From a virus (lineage: Duplodnaviria; Caudoviricetes): a stretch of DNA of 47,553 nt. The notes beneath the pieces were generated by a model that was not told the DNA's origin, ran no database searches, and saw only the letters and a program-made list of their open reading frames with translations. This document shows positions 42,463-47,553 of this stretch, in pieces. The DNA is taken from positions 1-47,553 of IMG/VR virus record IMGVR_UViG_3300043432_000037. One strand, given 5' to 3'. Within the stretch, counting starts at the first letter, position 1, and each line of letters opens with the position of its first letter. The position numbers and the translations under genes were made by a program.

Positions 42463-44626
42463 TGCTCTCTCCTATCTTAGCTGCTTGCAGACTATGCTGC
42501 TGGTTTGCTTGGTGGTTTCGCTCCATCAGGTCCAGGACCTTCAGAAGCCCTTCACGGTGAGTTTTGGCTGCACCGAGGTGAGCTTCGATCATGGCAATTG
42601 CATGACCGTCGCTTACTCCTTGAGCGTCCGCCATGTGCTTTTGTGCCTTGGCTTCCAACTCCATAATCTTTGCTTCGTTGACACCCATTTCTTGACGCAG
42701 TTCGGCAATCGCCAAGCCCATTTCGTCTTGGTGAATCTTGTCTTTTTGCTGCAGTTTGGCTTTCTCCAATTCCACTTTCGGGTTTGGGATGGGCTGCACA
42801 GCGTTTGGTCCTTTGGGGTTCGGGAAGATTTCCTCAATGGACTCGACTTCGTAAGCCTCCAGCACCCGGTGGATGACCTTGTACCGTTCAAAGCCATTCG
42901 GATTGTGCCCCATCAGGTCAAAGGCGACCTTGGCCTTGGCCTGCTTTTGTTGTGGCGAGGCTGCAGTCGCATCAGCACTTGGGTAAATGCGGAAGCTGTT
43001 GTCATCGTAGTCGTCTGCAGCAAACAGTGCATTCTCGCCATCGGTCAGTTCTGCAAAATCCGGACTTGACTTCACATACCACTTGTTTAGTTGATACACC
43101 CGGCGCAATTCCTCGCCCAGCCCGCGGTGCATCCGCTTGTAGATACCAGAAAAGAGCATCATGCCCTGCTCTAGTGTGTTGCGACTTGTCTCTGCGGGTG
43201 TGTTCTGGCCAGGACTAACTCCTGTCAGCGCATCCGTGGCGCTGCCAATCTTCTCTCCGTACTGTATCAACAGCCCCAGCAGGTTAAACAGAATGTCCGG
43301 CGGCGTACTAACGGGCAGCGGCACAATATTCTTCCGCAGGTCATCACCACTGCCATCAACAGTCTTCCACTCAAAGGGGTCAAACGTCTGCTTGCCACTT
43401 TTGATCTTTACACCACGGCCCAGGAACCCGCCGCTCGTCGTGAGCATCGTACCTGCGTCGATGATTTGGTTAATGAGACTATCCACTGCCGCATTCGTGG
43501 GGCCGAGCAGCGCACCCAGGCCGAGTCCATAAAAGCCACCGTCCGGGGCAGGGATAAACACATACCGGGTAAAGTGCGTGGTCGGCACAATCCTGATAAT
43601 CTTGTTACCGGCTGAGTTTTCCAGTTTGTCAGCCTCTTGCTCATAACTGATGCGGGTAGGCAAGTCTTTCTCATCTTTTGCTTTCGCATCCAGCTTGCGG
43701 ATTTCTGCGTCATGTACACGGTACACATCCCCTTCATCAAAGAATCTAGCCACAATGCGCAGCACCTGCTTGGTGTCATAGCGCACGAACAGTGTGTACG
43801 GTTCAGCATACCCGTCATCATCCAGGTCCAGCCAGCAGTGCTGCTCCAACACTTCATAAGGTCGCAGGCTGTCCTGCACTTGACGATTCAAACCGGCAAC
43901 TTCATCAGAAGCGGCTTGGAGCTGGCCAGTACTGTTACCAACGGTAGGTACTGGGGGCTCAGTGTCGTCAAGCATAGGCAGGAACAGCCCACGGCGAACG
44001 TTTTCTTGCACAGTGTTCTGGAACATCGTCAGCTTGTGCGTAGCGCGCTGAGCTTTTTCCAGGTCCTTGCAGAAGTAATCCACAACAAAGTCCATGATGG
44101 GGACGTATTCACTGCGTGTGACGCCCTCGACACCATCACGGAAGGTCTTCTTAATTGCAGCGCCCAAGAGAGCTGCAGAGAACTTTGCCTGCTCGTCATC
44201 GTCTACCCAGTTGCGGTTTTGTTCCAGCAACTGATACGAGATGTGTGTGCCCAGACGCTCCGCACGGGCGAGCTTTTTACCTTCTGGGTCCGGTCCCCAG
44301 GCTTCCAGTTTTGCCAACTGCCGGCCACTGGTCAGCGTGCTAATCCGTGCCAGGAACTGCAGCGCGGCAATTGTCACAAGCGGAAACTTGACGTTACTGG
44401 CACCAGCCCAAGGGAAGGTCTTTCTTTCGGCCAGTTGCAGTGCCAGCTTGATTGCTTTCGCATTGCGCCCTTCCCAGTCCGTGCGGGTCATCTTATCCGC
44501 AGTGTACCCGTCAACAGCAGCTGTGCCGTATAGGGTTAGTTCTTCTGGCGACAGCTTCTCAGCCACGTTTGGCATACGGACAATGTCCCTGAGTTTCAGC
44601 TGTGTTTTCTTCAGTGCGTTGGTCAT
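42431..44626 (-). CDS. Portal protein
   Basis: 731 aa after TerL; KTFPWAGASNVKFPL, EQHCWLDLDDDGYAEPY, FIPAPDGGFYGLG, NQIIDAGT; helical C-terminal barrel. Confidence 0.9.
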   Translation of the reverse strand: MTNALKKTQLKLRDIVRMPNVAEKLSPEELTLYGTAAVDGYTADKMTRTDWEGRNAKAIKLALQLAERKTFPWAGASNVKFPLVTIAALQFLARISTLTSGRQLAKLEAWGPDPEGKKLARAERLGTHISYQLLEQNRNWVDDDEQAKFSAALLGAAIKKTFRDGVEGVTRSEYVPIMDFVVDYFCKDLEKAQRATHKLTMFQNTVQENVRRGLFLPMLDDTEPPVPTVGNSTGQLQAASDEVAGLNRQVQDSLRPYEVLEQHCWLDLDDDGYAEPYTLFVRYDTKQVLRIVARFFDEGDVYRVHDAEIRKLDAKAKDEKDLPTRISYEQEADKLENSAGNKIIRIVPTTHFTRYVFIPAPDGGFYGLGLGALLGPTNAAVDSLINQIIDAGTMLTTSGGFLGRGVKIKSGKQTFDPFEWKTVDGSGDDLRKNIVPLPVSTPPDILFNLLGLLIQYGEKIGSATDALTGVSPGQNTPAETSRNTLEQGMMLFSGIYKRMHRGLGEELRRVYQLNKWYVKSSPDFAELTDGENALFAADDYDDNSFRIYPSADATAASPQQKQAKAKVAFDLMGHNPNGFERYKVIHRVLEAYEVESIEEIFPNPKGPNAVQPIPNPKVELEKAKLQQKDKIHQDEMGLAIAELRQEMGVNEAKIMELEAKAQKHMADAQGVSDGHAIAMIEAHLGAAKTHREGLLKVLDLMERNHQANQQHSLQAAKIGESNGSKPAPKPQ

Positions 44627-44627
44627 A

Positions 44628-46121
44628 TCAGTATCCGGTTATGTCGTTGCGGCCATCACTGCCTTGGGCTTGCGCCAGTCGGGCCTGTTCACGGAAGGAT
44701 AGTTCTTCTTCCGAAGTGAAATCATCCTCGTCCAGTATCGGTGCCATGTCAAGCCCCCGCGACAAGATTGCGGTAGAGTCGAACTGGTCGTCCAGCCGCG
44801 CCTCGCTGTAGCCAGTGAATCGGAGCATCTCTGACTCGTAGCCAGCATACCATGAGGCTTCTTTGTCAAAGAACACATTGCCAGCTTTCATGCGTTTTTG
44901 CAGGCTGCGGCCACGAACAGCTTTGTCCTTGGTGGAAGACAGTGCAGTGCAGAGTAGCCACTTGTTCCGCGTTTGCATTTCCTTGTTAAGGATGGGTTCC
45001 AGTGCCTTCCAGATCACACCGTCTTCGACGTAGAACACTTCTGGTTCATAGGTGTCTTGGATAATAAACATCTGGTCGATGATTTCGTCGATAGCCCAAC
45101 GGTCAACCTTTTGCCCGACAATCAGCAAGCGGTTGTCTGAAGGGACGCCGCCGATGGTGAACGATGTGCGGTTGGCCTTGTCAGCCTTGCTGATAGCAAA
45201 GTCCACGCCTACGGCAGTCTTGAGGTCGATGTCAAAGTCCTGCTCCGTCATTGACAGGAACCATTCCTTTTTCAGGTACGCTTCTGAGTTGTCAAACGGG
45301 TCGTTCAGGTATTCCTGCGAATACCCGTTTGCATCAAAGTCCTCGATGTACCGCTGACGGATGCCACGAAGTGCTTCTTCAGTGAACTGCTCAGGCCACA
45401 GAATGTCCGAGAAGTCGTCGAAGGATTTGTGGGCACGGTAGAAGCGAACGTGCCATTCTTTGTTCTTACGCAGCCTGGCCAGAAGTGAATCTTCGTGCAG
45501 GATGGTACCGTGAACGCGAATCTTACCTCCGCGACGAAGTGCCGGAATAGCGGCGCGATTGAACCAGCGTCGAAACTTGTCACGACGTTCTTTGTTCTCG
45601 ACCTGCTCATCGTCCTCAAGGTCATCGCAGATGATAAGGCCAGGGCGCATACCACGCCACTTACGGCCGCGGAGTTTTTGGCCGGAGCCGCGCGCAAGGA
45701 TACGGAACTGGTGCCCATCTTTGAACTCCACAATGATTTCAGTCTTCGACAGAGTGACGAACTTTTCAATCTCGAAGTCCCGAATCATCTCTTCGTTTTC
45801 GGTCAGCTCTCGTGTGATGTCGCCAAGGTGTTCAATGGCGAGTTCCTCGTTGGTACTGATGAGGATGACGTAGGACTCGGCTCGGAAAAGCACCGATGCC
45901 AGGCAGTACACATGAGTGAGTGCAGAGGACTTAGCGTGTCCGCGGGGAGCAATAACGCAGGCTTTTTCGACACTGCTGGAGTAGAGCTTCCAACCTTCCC
46001 TGTGGAAATCTGGTGTGGGTTTTGCATCGTCAAATCCTTTCTGCATGTACATCAACGAAAAGCCCTCAATGAGCCTTGCGTTGAGTGTTGTTTGTGGCGA
46101 CTGGCTACTAGATGTTGCCAT
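44628..46121 (-). CDS. terL: Terminase large subunit
   Basis: APRGHAKS Walker A, RPGLIICDDLED Walker B, GTILHEDSLL, SQEYLNDP, GVDFA, DDQFDS nuclease motifs. Confidence 0.95.
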   Translation of the reverse strand: MATSSSQSPQTTLNARLIEGFSLMYMQKGFDDAKPTPDFHREGWKLYSSSVEKACVIAPRGHAKSSALTHVYCLASVLFRAESYVILISTNEELAIEHLGDITRELTENEEMIRDFEIEKFVTLSKTEIIVEFKDGHQFRILARGSGQKLRGRKWRGMRPGLIICDDLEDDEQVENKERRDKFRRWFNRAAIPALRRGGKIRVHGTILHEDSLLARLRKNKEWHVRFYRAHKSFDDFSDILWPEQFTEEALRGIRQRYIEDFDANGYSQEYLNDPFDNSEAYLKKEWFLSMTEQDFDIDLKTAVGVDFAISKADKANRTSFTIGGVPSDNRLLIVGQKVDRWAIDEIIDQMFIIQDTYEPEVFYVEDGVIWKALEPILNKEMQTRNKWLLCTALSSTKDKAVRGRSLQKRMKAGNVFFDKEASWYAGYESEMLRFTGYSEARLDDQFDSTAILSRGLDMAPILDEDDFTSEEELSFREQARLAQAQGSDGRNDITGY

Positions 46122-46857
46122 TTGGGGTTACTTCTTCAGCGTCAACATCTACTGTGCGCTTGCCATCGCGCTCGTCCATCATCTTCATCAGGCGCTCGGC
46201 CAGTGACTCTTGCTGCACGGCGGGAGCCGCGGGCGCCCCTTGAGCCTCAGCATGTTTCTGTCCCATGCCCAAGGCCTTGATTGCGATTTCCCCAGCCTTC
46301 AGGACCATGAAGTCAGCCACTTCCGGGCTGTCCATTTTGGTCATCATCACGTTGCTGGTGCGAATGGCTAGTGCCTTGAAGCGCTCATGCAGTGACGCGG
46401 TGAGTGTTGGGTCTGCGATTTCGTGTCTGCGTTCATCAAGCGCTGCCTGGAAAGCGCTGCTCGCCAGCACGGAGGCCAGCCAAGAAGACGGACGCCCGAA
46501 GTGCGCACACAATTGGCCGTGGCTGTACTCAGGATGATCTGCCATCAGGTCAACCATGGCCTTGGGAGTGTAGCCAGCACGCAGCGACAGGGTGGTTGAA
46601 GCTGGTAAAAGTGGTGCGGGAGCCGCTGCAATGGAAGTGGAAGTAGCAGGCACTGGGGAGACAACCGTTGCCGGGGGAGCAGTTACTTTGCCGTCAGTTG
46701 CAGCGTGTGACTCCCGCACCAAAGCGGCGAGCTGGCCCCCGACTGGGTCGGCGAGCCTCTGGTTGGCTTCAGCAATCATCTGCTGCTGCTCTTTACCACG
46801 AGCAGCATCAATAAGGGCTTGCGCCCGTGCAGACAGCTTCGGAGTTCCGGTAGCCAT
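46108..46857 (-). CDS. Putative terminase small subunit / HTH protein, paralog of 46857-47210
   Basis: Directly upstream of TerL; GYTPKAMVDLM..HP......L..HFGR..SWL..VLAS..FQA; ends TVDVDAEEV. Confidence 0.6.
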   Translation of the reverse strand: MATGTPKLSARAQALIDAARGKEQQQMIAEANQRLADPVGGQLAALVRESHAATDGKVTAPPATVVSPVPATSTSIAAAPAPLLPASTTLSLRAGYTPKAMVDLMADHPEYSHGQLCAHFGRPSSWLASVLASSAFQAALDERRHEIADPTLTASLHERFKALAIRTSNVMMTKMDSPEVADFMVLKAGEIAIKALGMGQKHAEAQGAPAAPAVQQESLAERLMKMMDERDGKRTVDVDAEEVTPNGNI

Positions 46858-47210
46858 CAGCGCATTGCAGCGTTTACGACGCCAAGGCCGGAGGTTGCGA
46901 GTTCCAGCGCGTCAAGAGCGTACTGAGCACTGGGTTCGGCGGCAAGTTTTTCTTCGATGACGTCCATGCTGCGGATTGCTACAGCGCGCATCCGGTCGTT
47001 GAGACTGCGGGCGATGATGGGATCAATGAGTGCGGACTTGCGTTGCGCGAGGCGGGCTTGGAAGCTGTCGCTGGCAAGTATGCGGGAGCACCAGGCAGGG
47101 GAGTAGCCAAAGACTTGAGACAATTCGCTGCTGGTGACTGTCGGGTCTTGCAGGATAAGGTCAATCATTGCGTCGTGACTGTAACCGACTTTCTTCAGGT
47201 CATTGCCCAT
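46857..47210 (-). CDS. HTH protein, TerS-like, paralog of 46108-46857
   Basis: GYSHDAMIDLILQDP.V...ELSQVFGYSPAWCSRILASDSFQARL; GGAG SD. Confidence 0.7.
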   Translation of the reverse strand: MGNDLKKVGYSHDAMIDLILQDPTVTSSELSQVFGYSPAWCSRILASDSFQARLAQRKSALIDPIIARSLNDRMRAVAIRSMDVIEEKLAAEPSAQYALDALELATSGLGVVNAAMR

Positions 47211-47238
47211 TGCTGTGCTCCGTAATTGCTAGGGCTGT

Positions 47239-47268
47239 AGAATAGCAAATTGCAGGCTCCCGCGTCAA
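47239..47268 (-). promoter_or_regulatory. Sigma70-like promoter for the morphogenesis arm
   Basis: Minus strand TTGACG-18 nt-TATTCT with TGn before the -10. Confidence 0.6.
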
Positions 47269-47426
47269 CGCAATGGCTGCTGCAAGCTGCTAGTAACTGC
47301 AATCCGCACTTTTTCAAAATAGCCTTCGCGTGCGCGCGTTATTTAAGCATAGTGTTGGCTGCTAGCAGGTCGCTCGCCGCTAGCTGTTAGTAGTTACTTG
47401 TTACTTGGTACTTGCTACCCCGCGGT

Positions 47427-47553
47427 AGCGGGGCGCCCCAAGCGTCAAGCCGCAGCCGCACGCAGCAAGTTGCTAGTTGTTACTAAGCGGAAGCAGCTGG
47501 CAGCAGCTAGTTGTTACTTGTTATAGCTACTAACAGTGGCTGGGCAGCTAGCT
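47427..47553. repeat. Terminal direct repeat, copy 2
   Basis: Identical to 1-127. Confidence 0.9.

Overview
The window is a complete, circularly assembled tailed-phage genome of about 47.4 kb. Bases 1-127 are identical to 47427-47553, which looks like an assembler overlap. Gene content points to a podovirus-like phage; a proteobacterial host is inferred. There are two convergent arms separated by a bidirectional terminator at about 18.0 kb. The + strand arm (1.0-17.9 kb) holds small early genes, a Dda/RecD-like SF1 helicase, a PD-(D/E)XK nuclease, a Sak4-like ATPase, an SSB-like protein, a ParB-DNA methyltransferase fusion, a UDG-PolA fusion and an HNH nuclease. The - strand arm (47.2-18.0 kb) holds two paralogous TerS-like HTH genes, TerL, portal, GroES, scaffold, major capsid, adaptor/tail tubular proteins, a GNAT, three ejection proteins, a PurD-like ATP-grasp ligase, a repeat-rich tail/fibre block and lysis genes. 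I could not recognise an integrase, primase, DnaB-type helicase, RNA polymerase, tRNA or CRISPR array. Two non-coding signals stand out. (1) Thirteen dispersed copies of a 40-bp dyad, TTWYWYRCSCGYRTTA-N8-TAAYRCGSGYRWRWAA, with a fixed 8-bp spacer built from a small reused set of half-spacers. (2) A dense, partly 11-bp-phased array of about 20 DnaA-box-like 9-mers around an AT-rich stretch (429-922), resembling a bacterial oriC, in a phage with no visible primase or replicative helicase.
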